Origin: a virus
Taxonomy: Duplodnaviria > Caudoviricetes
IMG/VR virus record: IMGVR_UViG_3300037439_000026
Span: 1 to 43,107 of that record
Reading direction: 5' to 3' (one strand)
Length of the DNA: 43,107 nucleotides
The notes under the pieces were generated by a model. The model worked only from the letters and a program-made list of their open reading frames with translations. It made no database searches and was not told the origin of the DNA. A program made the translations under genes and the position numbers. Shown piece after piece: positions 17,809 through 25,972 of the stretch. Numbering within the stretch: the stretch's first letter is position 1; each line of letters begins with the position of its first letter.

Positions 17809-18405
17809 TCACGACAACAGGTCGTCGGAGCCTCGAACCAGCCGATTTCGAGCCTGCTGCTCCTTCAGTCGGTTGAACTCGTCGTCCGACAGTTCCGCGA
17901 GCTCGACTCGAGTGTAGTCCTCGATGGACTTCGGCCTCGGCGCAGGATTGCTGAGTTCCGCGAGCTTCTCGGGGGACAGAGTTGGAACCGCCTGAAGCTT
18001 AGCGGTCGGAAGGTCCACGATGTTCTTGGACTGCGTCTTCTCGACTAGATCCTGCGGGAAGACCTTGTTGATGAAGTCCGCGCTGAACTGGGCGTCTGTG
18101 ACGAGCTGCATGAAGAGAACGGAATATGCATTGCTAGACAAGAAGTCCTCGATGATCTCCGCATTCTTTACGAATCGCCTGCCATCAGGCGAACGTCGGC
18201 CGACGGACTTCAGCAAGATCTCCTTGAATGCCGCTACGGTCTTAGCGGCGTCTCCCTTCTCGACGATGTCCGCGAGGTACTGGGAAAGCCCACCTTTCGT
18301 GGAGAGCTCCATCTCCGCAGCCTCTGCTTTTGTGATGTTGAAGTAGAATTCCTCCGTGACGGTCTCGCCGTTGAAGTCCTCATATGTGATTGGGTGCTTG
18401 AGCAT
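17809..18405 (-). CDS. Conserved hypothetical protein (tail-chaperone-like N-terminal region)
   Basis: ITYEDFNGETVTEEFYFNITKAE; GAAGG RBS. Confidence 0.7.
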   Translation of the reverse strand: MLKHPITYEDFNGETVTEEFYFNITKAEAAEMELSTKGGLSQYLADIVEKGDAAKTVAAFKEILLKSVGRRSPDGRRFVKNAEIIEDFLSSNAYSVLFMQLVTDAQFSADFINKVFPQDLVEKTQSKNIVDLPTAKLQAVPTLSPEKLAELSNPAPRPKSIEDYTRVELAELSDDEFNRLKEQQARNRLVRGSDDLLS

Positions 18406-18423
18406 TTGCTACCTTCCCGAGAC

Positions 18424-18467
18424 AAAAGAATGAGGCCCAGTAGCGTCTAAGTCTACTGAGCCCCATC
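18424..18467 (-). terminator. Hairpin/terminator after the 18498-18668 gene
   Basis: Minus strand GATGGGGCTCAGTAG-9 nt loop-CTACTGGGCCTCATT-CTTTT. Confidence 0.7.
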
Positions 18468-18497
18468 CGTCTTTGGTGATCCTCTTTCTTGCTTCTA

Positions 18498-18668
18498 TCA
18501 GGCCTCGGTCTTCTCCTCGGTCTGAGCGTCCTCCTCGACGTTCCGGAACTTGACGGCCAGAGCGACGGCGCCGGTGACGATAACGCCAACGGCAACGCCG
18601 ATCAGAACCTTCTTGTTCAGGGGGGTCTTGGTGACGGTCTCGACGGTGGTCGAAGCGGTCTGGTCCAT
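18498..18668 (-). CDS. Small single-pass membrane protein
   Basis: GAAAGGA RBS before MDQTAST; TM segment VLIGVAVGVIVTGAVALAV. Confidence 0.75.
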   Translation of the reverse strand: MDQTASTTVETVTKTPLNKKVLIGVAVGVIVTGAVALAVKFRNVEEDAQTEEKTEA

Positions 18669-18692
18669 GATGGTCCTTTCAAAAATGGGATC

Positions 18693-18724
18693 GGGTCTCA
18701 CTATAGGCCATGCGTTTCTTGCGA
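18693..18724 (-). promoter_or_regulatory. Conserved phage promoter motif, copy 2
   Basis: TCGCA-agaaacg-CATG-gcc-TATAGT-GAGACCC. Confidence 0.75.
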
Positions 18725-18725
18725 A

Positions 18726-19508
18726 TTACTGGACGCGGTAGAAATCCCGAATAGGCGCTACCGCATAGTCGATGGATATGCAGGGACGTCCGTCCGGAGC
18801 CAGCGTCGTCGAGTACTGCACCTCCAGGAGCTTGTTGCAGTTCCAGCCAACTTCATCAGACATGGAAGTCTTGTCCAGACCGATTCTATCATAGAAGTCA
18901 GTCAGAGCCGCGTAGTAATCGTTGTTGACCTGATGATTGGTGTCGTTCTCAGCCTTCCTCAGGGTCTCCATGTCGCTCAAGAAGAAGCGACCGGTAAAGG
19001 CTTCGTAACAGAGCACCGATCTACCGTCAATGACGACCAGTTGACTAGAGTTCGCTGGATTGCGATTCACTCGATCCTGGGCGAGCTCATCACGAACCGC
19101 TTGTTCCTTCTTCTCCCCCAGCTTCTCGACAACCTTGTCCCGATACTCCGAGAAAGCTTTCTCGGAGAGCGTGTAGGCTGCTGCCACAGCGGCAGCGCGT
19201 CGGGTACCGATTCGATTGGCTCCGATAATGCAGGTAACCGTCAGCAAACCAGTAGTAACCGGAGGAATATAGAGCTTCCATGTCAGCGCCACCTTCTCTT
19301 TCAGATCGAGCGGATCGATGGCGTAGTCGGGGTGGTTGCTCTCGAACCGGTTCTCCTCGTTCTTGAGGACTTCAGCAGCCTTGAGTGTTGCGGTCCCGGT
19401 CAAATATGCGGTCATGACTGTACCTGCCACGGCCACACCGGTCAGGATCGCCGGAGAGTTGTCGATTGTCAGTTTTTGGGCTCGCTTGAGCACATCACCG
19501 AGATTCAC
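18726..19508 (-). CDS. DUF6353-like membrane-associated protein (paralogue)
   Basis: NSPAILTGVAVAG, AAAYTLSEKAFSEYR, DFYDRIGL..EVGW. Confidence 0.75.
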   Translation of the reverse strand: MNLGDVLKRAQKLTIDNSPAILTGVAVAGTVMTAYLTGTATLKAAEVLKNEENRFESNHPDYAIDPLDLKEKVALTWKLYIPPVTTGLLTVTCIIGANRIGTRRAAAVAAAYTLSEKAFSEYRDKVVEKLGEKKEQAVRDELAQDRVNRNPANSSQLVVIDGRSVLCYEAFTGRFFLSDMETLRKAENDTNHQVNNDYYAALTDFYDRIGLDKTSMSDEVGWNCNKLLEVQYSTTLAPDGRPCISIDYAVAPIRDFYRVQ

Positions 19509-19755
19509 TAAAGATCTCCTCGATCACCTTGAAGGCCTCCGTACGCTGTTGGCGTCGTTTCTGCGCACCGTGCCTTGACATGTAGACCCGACCGCCATAT
19601 CGGCTACGGTGGGTACGAATGAGCTTCCGCCGCTTGCGAGCCTTGTAGGCATCAAACGGCATGAGACAAAGTGGGATGACGATAAGCAGGAATATAGTCA
19701 CGATACCGAACAGAATCGCGATCTCCAGCATCGTCTTCAGGATGATCTCAAGCAT
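19495..19755 (-). CDS. Small membrane protein with a basic tail
   Basis: ATG overlaps the upstream stop (ATGCTTGA); one TM helix. Confidence 0.65.
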   Translation of the reverse strand: MLEIILKTMLEIAILFGIVTIFLLIVIPLCLMPFDAYKARKRRKLIRTHRSRYGGRVYMSRHGAQKRRQQRTEAFKVIEEIFSESR

Positions 19756-20110
19756 GAGAAAGCTCCAATTCAAATACGTGTCTGTGCAGCTTCGGGTGAC
19801 GTGCAATATAAGGGTGAGTAAACGGAGTACTCTTGGAGATCTTCTTTCGACTGATATCGACGAAGAAATAACGGACCCAGGACTCATCGTCCTTAGTCGC
19901 CTTAACTCTGTGCGCACGCGTTGCCCGGTGACGACGAATATCATTCGTCAGCTCAGACCTATCAGAAGTTCCCCATGCCTTCTGATAGACGTCAAGCTCT
20001 TCCCTGAGCAGGTCAGCAATCAGAGCCAATGCTGCAATGACCACCAGTCCTCCGACGCCGATGACCACGATCTTCAGCGTCTGTAACAGGATAAGAACGA
20101 TGTCGATCAT
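19748..20110 (-). CDS. Membrane protein
   Basis: GAAGGGA RBS; N-terminal TM helix. Confidence 0.65.
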   Translation of the reverse strand: MIDIVLILLQTLKIVVIGVGGLVVIAALALIADLLREELDVYQKAWGTSDRSELTNDIRRHRATRAHRVKATKDDESWVRYFFVDISRKKISKSTPFTHPYIARHPKLHRHVFELELSHA

Positions 20111-20134
20111 GGTGCATCCCTTCGTGTTATGGAG

Positions 20135-20566
20135 TTACTTTGTCATCTTGATCGTTGTGGTCACACCCATCACTGTCAATGGAAAGGACAGCATCCCGTC
20201 TTCGTACGTAAACCTCTTCGTTGGATCTCTGGAGGCCAGCAACGAATTCTCCATGGCGGCCGTGTCCCCGTTAGATGTAATCCAGAGTCGGTTTGTGTTG
20301 GAGACCGCCGCAGGAGCTTCGAAGGTTCCTTTCCAGTAAAGCGCTGTAGTATCCGGAGTCTCCCACATGATCTCGATGGCATTCTCGGAGACTGTGGCGA
20401 CCATCTTGGTGGTACTCGATTCGCCAGTCCAAGTGCCGACAAGAGAGATCGGGCTATCCGTGACCTTAACGGAGTTATTCACGAGGAAGGGAGTAATCAC
20501 CGCGGCGATGATGAGCAAGGAACCGCCGATGACGCACATTGTACGGACGAACTTGTTGTTACTCAT
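20135..20566 (-). CDS. Membrane-anchored beta-rich protein
   Basis: GAAAGGA RBS; TM helix followed by LVGTW...LYWKGTF. Confidence 0.75.
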   Translation of the reverse strand: MSNNKFVRTMCVIGGSLLIIAAVITPFLVNNSVKVTDSPISLVGTWTGESSTTKMVATVSENAIEIMWETPDTTALYWKGTFEAPAAVSNTNRLWITSNGDTAAMENSLLASRDPTKRFTYEDGMLSFPLTVMGVTTTIKMTK

Positions 20567-20588
20567 AATTGTCCTTTCAGGCACAACG

Positions 20589-20617
20589 AAAACCTAAACC
20601 CTTGCGGGAATAGGTTT
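20589..20617 (-). terminator. Hairpin/terminator with a GCAA tetraloop
   Basis: Minus strand AAACCTAttCCC-GCAA-GGGttTAGGTTTT. Confidence 0.6.
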
Positions 20618-20634
20618 GACGGTCTAGATGGGAT

Positions 20635-20814
20635 TCAGTTATTTTCGTTCTTCTTGTCGAAGCGCCTCTCGAGAACGTTCGCTACAACCTGAACGGCAAC
20701 GATGGCAACGACGGGTGCGACGATTCGGGTCAACACCAGCCGGACAGCCAGCTTGCGGTTCATGGCAGCGATCTGCTCAGGAGACATTGCTTCGATTTCG
20801 GCGAATGAAAGCAT
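20635..20814 (-). CDS. Small membrane protein, 59 aa (absent from the ORF track)
   Basis: MLSFAEIEAMSPEQIAAMNRKLAVRLVLTRIVAPVVAIVAVQVVANV; has its own promoter motif and GAAAGGA RBS. Confidence 0.75.
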   Translation of the reverse strand: MLSFAEIEAMSPEQIAAMNRKLAVRLVLTRIVAPVVAIVAVQVVANVLERRFDKKNENN

Positions 20815-20830
20815 GATTGTCCTTTCATAG

Positions 20831-20862
20831 GGGTCTCACTATAGCCCCTGTAATTTCTGCGA
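20831..20862 (-). promoter_or_regulatory. Conserved phage promoter motif, copy 3
   Basis: TCGCA-gaaatta-CAGG-ggc-TATAGT-GAGACCC. Confidence 0.75.
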
Positions 20863-20903
20863 GCCTTGTTCAGAAAATCCTCCCCGGGGAATTTTCGAGA
20901 TTC

Positions 20904-20935
20904 AAAACCTAAACCCCGTGTGGGGGCTAGGCTTT
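20904..20935 (-). terminator. Hairpin/terminator after the 20941-21168 gene
   Basis: Minus strand GCCTAGcCCCC-acac-GGGGtTTAGGTTTT; 3' arm resembles the 20589 hairpin. Confidence 0.6.
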
Positions 20936-20940
20936 AGAGA

Positions 20941-21168
20941 CTACTTCAGGAGTCCTCGAGCAGCGATCTCGAGTAGGTTGCAGGTGGTTTTGACAAGCTT
21001 GATGCTGGCATACACCTTGACGACAGTGACACCAACACTCAGAGCCAGGCTCGAAATATCTTCGGGCGTGATCATCTGGGTTTCGATGGCAGGGAAATCG
21101 TTTTCGGTGCTGTTCAGTTGTGGCTTGTTCTTGACCAACCGTACACGGAACTCATGATTCTTGAACAT
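20941..21168 (-). CDS. Small hypothetical protein
   Basis: GAAAGGA RBS before MFKNHEFRVRLVK. Confidence 0.75.
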   Translation of the reverse strand: MFKNHEFRVRLVKNKPQLNSTENDFPAIETQMITPEDISSLALSVGVTVVKVYASIKLVKTTCNLLEIAARGLLK

Positions 21169-21183
21169 GGCTTTCCTTTCGTA

Positions 21184-21215
21184 GGGTCTCACTATAAGCC
21201 ACGTAAACCGTGCGA
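21184..21215 (-). promoter_or_regulatory. Conserved phage promoter motif, copy 4
   Basis: TCGCA-cggttta-CGTG-gct-TATAGT-GAGACCC. Confidence 0.75.
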
Positions 21216-21249
21216 CCCACCTAAAAATATAACCCATGTAGGAACCACG

Positions 21250-21295
21250 AAAACGTAGAAGGCATGTAGATTCTTTCGCTACACACCCTCTACGT
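21250..21295 (-). terminator. Long hairpin/terminator after the 21323-21844 gene
   Basis: Minus strand ACGTAGAGGGTGTGTAG-9 nt loop-CTACATGCCTTCTACGT-TTT. Confidence 0.7.
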
Positions 21296-21322
21296 CTTCA
21301 TGACGATATGGAGTCTAGATGT

Positions 21323-21844
21323 TCACTTCATTCGAGTCAGGAGACCAAGGGCTTTTGACGCGATGACGTTTGCTCGTTCGTATCCGAGAATCATCACGAT
21401 TCCTAGCACGTTCGCTCCAACGATGGCCAGCGTGTCAGGGCTTACTCGCCACGGCTGATCCACATCCCTCTGCTTCAGTTGAGCATCGAGTTTCTTCACC
21501 TCGCAGTTGGTGTCCGATTCAGCTTTCCTGATCTCGAGGTCGGTTTCCTTGACTCGGATCTCCGCTTCCTTGTTCGCGATGTTCGCGAGGAATTCGTTTT
21601 CCTTGAGTTGAGTCTCGGTTTCCTTCGTTCGAATGGAAGCTTCGGATTCGTTCTGCTTGAGGTTGGTCTCGATCTCCTTCAGTTTGAGGGCGATGTGAGT
21701 TTCCTTGGCTTTGTAAAGCTTGACTAACTGATCCACCATGGTGACGTAATGCTCGGAACCGCATTCTCCTTCAGACAACGTACGGAGCAGTTTGTCGATG
21801 GCGGTTTCAAGCGCATTGACATCCAGTTCGATGTTGGTGTTCAT
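21323..21844 (-). CDS. Coiled-coil protein with a C-terminal hydrophobic helix
   Basis: KE-rich heptad repeats; SPDTLAIVGANVLGIVMILGYE. Confidence 0.8.
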   Translation of the reverse strand: MNTNIELDVNALETAIDKLLRTLSEGECGSEHYVTMVDQLVKLYKAKETHIALKLKEIETNLKQNESEASIRTKETETQLKENEFLANIANKEAEIRVKETDLEIRKAESDTNCEVKKLDAQLKQRDVDQPWRVSPDTLAIVGANVLGIVMILGYERANVIASKALGLLTRMK

Positions 21845-21860
21845 GTTGTTCCTCTCATAG

Positions 21861-21892
21861 GGGTCTCATTATAGCCCATGCTAAATATGCGA
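21861..21892 (-). promoter_or_regulatory. Conserved phage promoter motif, copy 5
   Basis: TCGCA-tatttag-CATG-ggc-TATAAT-GAGACCC. Confidence 0.75.
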
Positions 21893-21902
21893 CCCCCACA
21901 AG

Positions 21903-22277
21903 CTACTTCTCGACCCGGAAGACGACCTTGTCCATGAATTCCAGGTCCTCCGGATCTCCGTTCAGCTTCAACAGATACGTCTTCCTGCCGTCCCCAGTCT
22001 CCTGGAGTTCAATCGAGCCGTCGAAGTCGGTCGGATTGGATTCAGCCTGTTCCATCTTCTTGTTGTAAGAAGAGGTGGATAAACCCAGAAGTACACCCAG
22101 AAACGCGTCCACCACCGTGATGGTGCCGACGACCTGAGCCGCATTCGGAAGGTTCCAGATCTCGGCTAGACCGAAATATAGAGCTCCGACAGCCGGTAGA
22201 CCGATCTGCGCGAACCACTTCGCGACATCGTAGACTTGGTTGCTAAGCAGCGTTCGAACTTCGTTGACCATGGTCAT
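21903..22277 (-). CDS. Holin (Dp-1 holin-like)
   Basis: LSNQVYDVAKWFAQIGLPAVGALY..IWNLP..FLGVLLGLS; two TM helices. Confidence 0.8.
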   Translation of the reverse strand: MTMVNEVRTLLSNQVYDVAKWFAQIGLPAVGALYFGLAEIWNLPNAAQVVGTITVVDAFLGVLLGLSTSSYNKKMEQAESNPTDFDGSIELQETGDGRKTYLLKLNGDPEDLEFMDKVVFRVEK

Positions 22278-22626
22278 GCTCCTGTCCGCTTCTTCGCGTG
22301 GCGTTGATGATCTCGATATATTTGTTAGGTGATCGAAGCGGTAAATGTGTTACTTCTTCCATTACTCGCTCTGCTACACCATTCCCGCCAAAGTCCTTGT
22401 ACGGTTCGTACAGGTACTTACGGAACTCCTCGTACTCATCTTTTGAGATCCAGCCTCGCTCGATATAACTCAAGCCGAGAGTTACGATCTTGTCGTAGGC
22501 CAACCCTAGCAGGAGACGAGCAATAGCTGTTTTAGTGTTGTCTCGCTTCTGAACGAAAGTCCAGAATCCCGTAGAAGCAAGAACACTACCTAGTGCGACA
22601 ACCACCGCCTGGAGCCAGGGGTCCAT
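22243..22626 (-). CDS. Membrane protein (lysis-associated)
   Basis: N-terminal TM helix; LYEPYKDFGGNG motif; adjacent to the holin. Confidence 0.7.
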   Translation of the reverse strand: MDPWLQAVVVALGSVLASTGFWTFVQKRDNTKTAIARLLLGLAYDKIVTLGLSYIERGWISKDEYEEFRKYLYEPYKDFGGNGVAERVMEEVTHLPLRSPNKYIEIINATRRSGQEHDHGQRSSNAA

Positions 22627-22646
22627 AATCATCCTCTCTCGGGTTT

Positions 22647-23711
22647 TTACTTGGTTTCTTTCCAGACGCCTGCGTGACGAGTCCACGGTTTGGCAAGCTT
22701 CCACACACCACCGTCGCGCACGTAAGGAACAGCAAGTTTCCACTGAACCCCAACGAGAACTTTCGCTCCAGCAACGGTTTGCGCGGTAGCTGCCGAAGAC
22801 CAGGCGCCCCACCCGATAGAGTTCTGAGCTCTTACCCAGAAGAAATATGTCGTTCCCGGACTAAGGCCGGTTAGAGTTCTTGGTGAGGTTCCACTCACCG
22901 TAGTTGATGGACCTGTCGAACTCGTTCCGTACCCGACTTGATAGCCAGTAATCGCTGATCCGCCATTGTTAGGTGGGGTGAAATTCACAATAGCGGAGGT
23001 CATTGTTACTGCCGTAATGGTTGGCGTAGCCGGAGCTGAGGGAGTACGCAGCGTGGTTGCTGTGCCTCTTGGGCCCCATGCTGTTGTTCCTGCAACGTTT
23101 GTTGTTCGAGCCCAGAAATAGTATGTCGTTCCTGGGGTCAGACCAGCAATGCTGGTAGATCCATCCGAGGATATGATTGACTGAGTACTTGTTGAGCTCG
23201 TACCATACCCGATCTGTCGAGACGTGATCGGCGCCCCACCACTACCGTCCGTAAACGTCGCAAAGACGGAGGTAGATGTGATGCTCGAGAGAGTAACGAT
23301 GCTCGGCGGATTTGACATCCGCGGAATTTGCGTGAGGGCAAAAGAACCAGAAACGGTTCTAGTTCCACCACCACCAGCGGAGGAAGGACTAAATTTCCCA
23401 GATACAGAAACCGTCGCTCTTCCATCAACAGCATGCGTTACAGTGAACGAGCCGGTTTTGTACACGTAATCCTGGTTGGTTCCACCATGAGGCCACGCTC
23501 TAGTTCCAGATTCAGACCACGAATAACTAGCCGAACCTAGACTTGCCGAGAAAGAAATTAGTTTGTTCGTTGCATTGAAGTAGTAGTCGCCGAAATGGAC
23601 ACCAAACTTGAAGCTGACTGTGGACGTATTCGCGGATTGGTTCTGCGTGTATGTATAGTCAACATACAAGTAACATCCACCTTGGAAGGAGGCGCCTTTA
23701 ATTCTGGCCAT
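22647..23711 (-). CDS. Minor tail / receptor-binding protein with two fibronectin type III repeats
   Basis: GGAPITSRQIGY..GLTPGTTYYFWART and GGSAITGYQVGY..GLSPGTTYFFWVRAQN. Confidence 0.8.
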   Translation of the reverse strand: MARIKGASFQGGCYLYVDYTYTQNQSANTSTVSFKFGVHFGDYYFNATNKLISFSASLGSASYSWSESGTRAWPHGGTNQDYVYKTGSFTVTHAVDGRATVSVSGKFSPSSAGGGGTRTVSGSFALTQIPRMSNPPSIVTLSSITSTSVFATFTDGSGGAPITSRQIGYGTSSTSTQSIISSDGSTSIAGLTPGTTYYFWARTTNVAGTTAWGPRGTATTLRTPSAPATPTITAVTMTSAIVNFTPPNNGGSAITGYQVGYGTSSTGPSTTVSGTSPRTLTGLSPGTTYFFWVRAQNSIGWGAWSSAATAQTVAGAKVLVGVQWKLAVPYVRDGGVWKLAKPWTRHAGVWKETK

Positions 23712-23720
23712 GCGCCCCTC

Positions 23721-23960
23721 CTATCCAACGATTTGAAAATAGATGTCTCCGTCGGTGCCACCAGTTGGTGCCGCGGTTCCGGACGAGATTCCGGCGGCCG
23801 ATCGGTATCCCGATTTTCCATTGGGTACCAGAGCCTTGACCTGAGCGATGAAGTCTCTGGCCCGGTTGATCTCGCGCGCTCCCCAGCGAACTCGTCCTTC
23901 TTCACCGTTTTCGGGCACGAGAGGAAATCCCGCAGCCGCCGCAGCATCTCCTACGGCCAT
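23721..23960 (-). CDS. Small minor tail protein
   Basis: Position among tail genes; SGTAAPTGGTDGDIYFQ tail-fibre motif. Confidence 0.7.
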   Translation of the reverse strand: MAVGDAAAAAGFPLVPENGEEGRVRWGAREINRARDFIAQVKALVPNGKSGYRSAAGISSGTAAPTGGTDGDIYFQIVG

Positions 23961-23981
23961 CTTAAACCTCCCTCACTCTGA

Positions 23982-25151
23982 TCAGGGTTGGTCCTCCCAG
24001 TACTCTGTCGCGCCCATGTCCTCCCACACCTGATTGTAATCCCAGCCAAGCCAGGAACCAGGAGTGATGAATGTGTTCAGAGACAAAGTAGGATATGACC
24101 TCTCGCCCTCACTGTCAGACACGAAGATCTGTTCAGTGACTTGCATGTTGTTTGTTGATCCGGTTTCGCCACGTATCTCTACCATGTCGCCTAGTTGGTA
24201 GTCTACGCCATACCTGTAGTTGCTGTTCTGCGTGAGTTCCCCATCGAACCCCTGGAACCTTCGACTCTGTGCGAGTGCTTCGTTACCTCGCTGGATCATC
24301 TTATCAGATGCATCGGGGTCTCCGACCTCAATATCATCCGCTTTAATGACCATCGCCCTACGTTCGAAACCCTCAACCTCAGGTTCTACATCGAGAGGAT
24401 ATACCACTTCTATGCCAGCCGGAGACAAGACGTAACACACGTTCTTGTACAAGGCTACTGTGGTTAGCTCCGTTGTGTTGCTTAGGTTGTCAAGGTCCGG
24501 CGCAAATATAACTGCCGGCAGAGTCGTCTGCGATGAGGTCCGATCACTGCCCATGTACACGTCCCAATACAATTCGGACGTGTCGAAATTCCGAATCAGT
24601 CTGAAACCCATGTCGTACAGGTCACAGAGATTCTTGATCGCATCGTAGACTGTTGTCGGCTCAAGCTCCACCGTGATGAGCTCAGTCGACTCCCCGATCG
24701 TATCCATTGGAAATATGCTGTCTTCGATGACATAGGGAATGATGTCACCCGTGTCTAGAACTCCCGTCACACAAATATCGTGGAAGATCTGCCTAACAAT
24801 GTTCGCTGGCGTATCTGTGATCACCCACTTAGGCAACGTAGTCAGATCAGCGAGTGACGGTCGTGCAACCCGGTCGAGTAAGATGGCTTCAATCGAGCGA
24901 CCACTGAACTTGAGGAAGGCTTTCCCTTCATCATCCGTAGTGTCCTCGACAGTCTCAGCCATCATGACACGATATGAATCGTTCATAGCCAACCAAGACC
25001 CAATGGGAATCCTCGTTCGATTCTCGTGAGTCGAGTGAAGGTATAATTCAAAGTCGCCGTAGGCCCGCATTCTCTCGGTCCAGATGAACGACTCGAACGA
25101 ATCGATTACCGTTTGGCGACGGAGAAGACTATCGAGGACATACGCCTCCAC
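23982..25151 (-). CDS. Minor tail protein (baseplate hub, ReqiPepy6 Gp37-like)
   Basis: FESFIWTER..GDFEL and YGVDYQLGDMV; follows the distal tail gene. Confidence 0.8.
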   Translation of the reverse strand: MEAYVLDSLLRRQTVIDSFESFIWTERMRAYGDFELYLHSTHENRTRIPIGSWLAMNDSYRVMMAETVEDTTDDEGKAFLKFSGRSIEAILLDRVARPSLADLTTLPKWVITDTPANIVRQIFHDICVTGVLDTGDIIPYVIEDSIFPMDTIGESTELITVELEPTTVYDAIKNLCDLYDMGFRLIRNFDTSELYWDVYMGSDRTSSQTTLPAVIFAPDLDNLSNTTELTTVALYKNVCYVLSPAGIEVVYPLDVEPEVEGFERRAMVIKADDIEVGDPDASDKMIQRGNEALAQSRRFQGFDGELTQNSNYRYGVDYQLGDMVEIRGETGSTNNMQVTEQIFVSDSEGERSYPTLSLNTFITPGSWLGWDYNQVWEDMGATEYWEDQP

Positions 25152-25972
25152 TACAACCCTCCGTACCTAGGCGTGTACGAAATTTCGTATGGGATCGGAT
25201 CCCCAAGCGCGTAGACTCGGATGTCGTTGTCACCGTGCTCGAGTTGAATCCAATTCGATTGTGGTGAAACCCCGTACAGGATTGAACTGGTGGTTGTACC
25301 ACGGAGAAGGCTCGCGAACTTGTCACCAACGATTGTGCTGATAGTGACAACATCGCCGAGTTCGAGTGAAGCTGCGAAATCCAACTGACGAACCTGATCG
25401 TCCGGAGGCTTGTGGTAGATCGTGAACTCAGTCAGAGTACGATCCACATTCAGCGTAAGAACAATTCCAGTTTCCACAGTTCCATCGTACTCGATCAAGG
25501 TATCTGTTTCGTCCGCCACGGTATCACCAACCAATGTAACTGCGTCAAGAACGACGAAGTCTGGTTGGAAACACATGACCGAAATATCGACCTTCGGGTC
25601 CTTTGAAAAGAGTTGAGACTCGAATGACTCAACCCTGCCGTCGATATCCACAATCAACTCGTCTTCCATGTAGAAGCGAAGATTGATGCGACTCTTCGGC
25701 ATCAAGAACCCATATAGCCGATTACGAATATCCCTGACCGACTCGAGGACGTAATCAGGTTCGAGACCCAACTCCATGGTGATGTTTCGTGGTTCTCGTC
25801 GACTGGAATGGTACTGCTCCCCGTCCATCTGAGCAAAACTTGACGACACGAGAGTCGCCTTGACGGGGTCCAGTCCATCGATGTCCTGCACGACGATGCC
25901 GTTTGACGTGTCCTCCAGCGGAAGGCTCAGCATAGTGCCCGCCACCGTGCGAATTTCAACTTTGGTTAGCAT
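25151..25972 (-). CDS. Distal tail protein
   Basis: Directly after tape measure; IDGLDP..DG..RNI and WIQLEHGDN. Confidence 0.8.
   Translation of the reverse strand: MLTKVEIRTVAGTMLSLPLEDTSNGIVVQDIDGLDPVKATLVSSSFAQMDGEQYHSSRREPRNITMELGLEPDYVLESVRDIRNRLYGFLMPKSRINLRFYMEDELIVDIDGRVESFESQLFSKDPKVDISVMCFQPDFVVLDAVTLVGDTVADETDTLIEYDGTVETGIVLTLNVDRTLTEFTIYHKPPDDQVRQLDFAASLELGDVVTISTIVGDKFASLLRGTTTSSILYGVSPQSNWIQLEHGDNDIRVYALGDPIPYEISYTPRYGGL

Noticed and set aside
20831-20846. CTCACTATAG on the plus strand resembles the T7 promoter core
   Set aside because: The upstream TAATACGA is absent, the orientation opposes the genes and there is no T7-type polymerase; it is the reverse complement of the phage motif
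17475-21892. Repeated motif as a CRISPR or mini-array
   Set aside because: Copies are dispersed at irregular distances and each precedes an RBS and ORF
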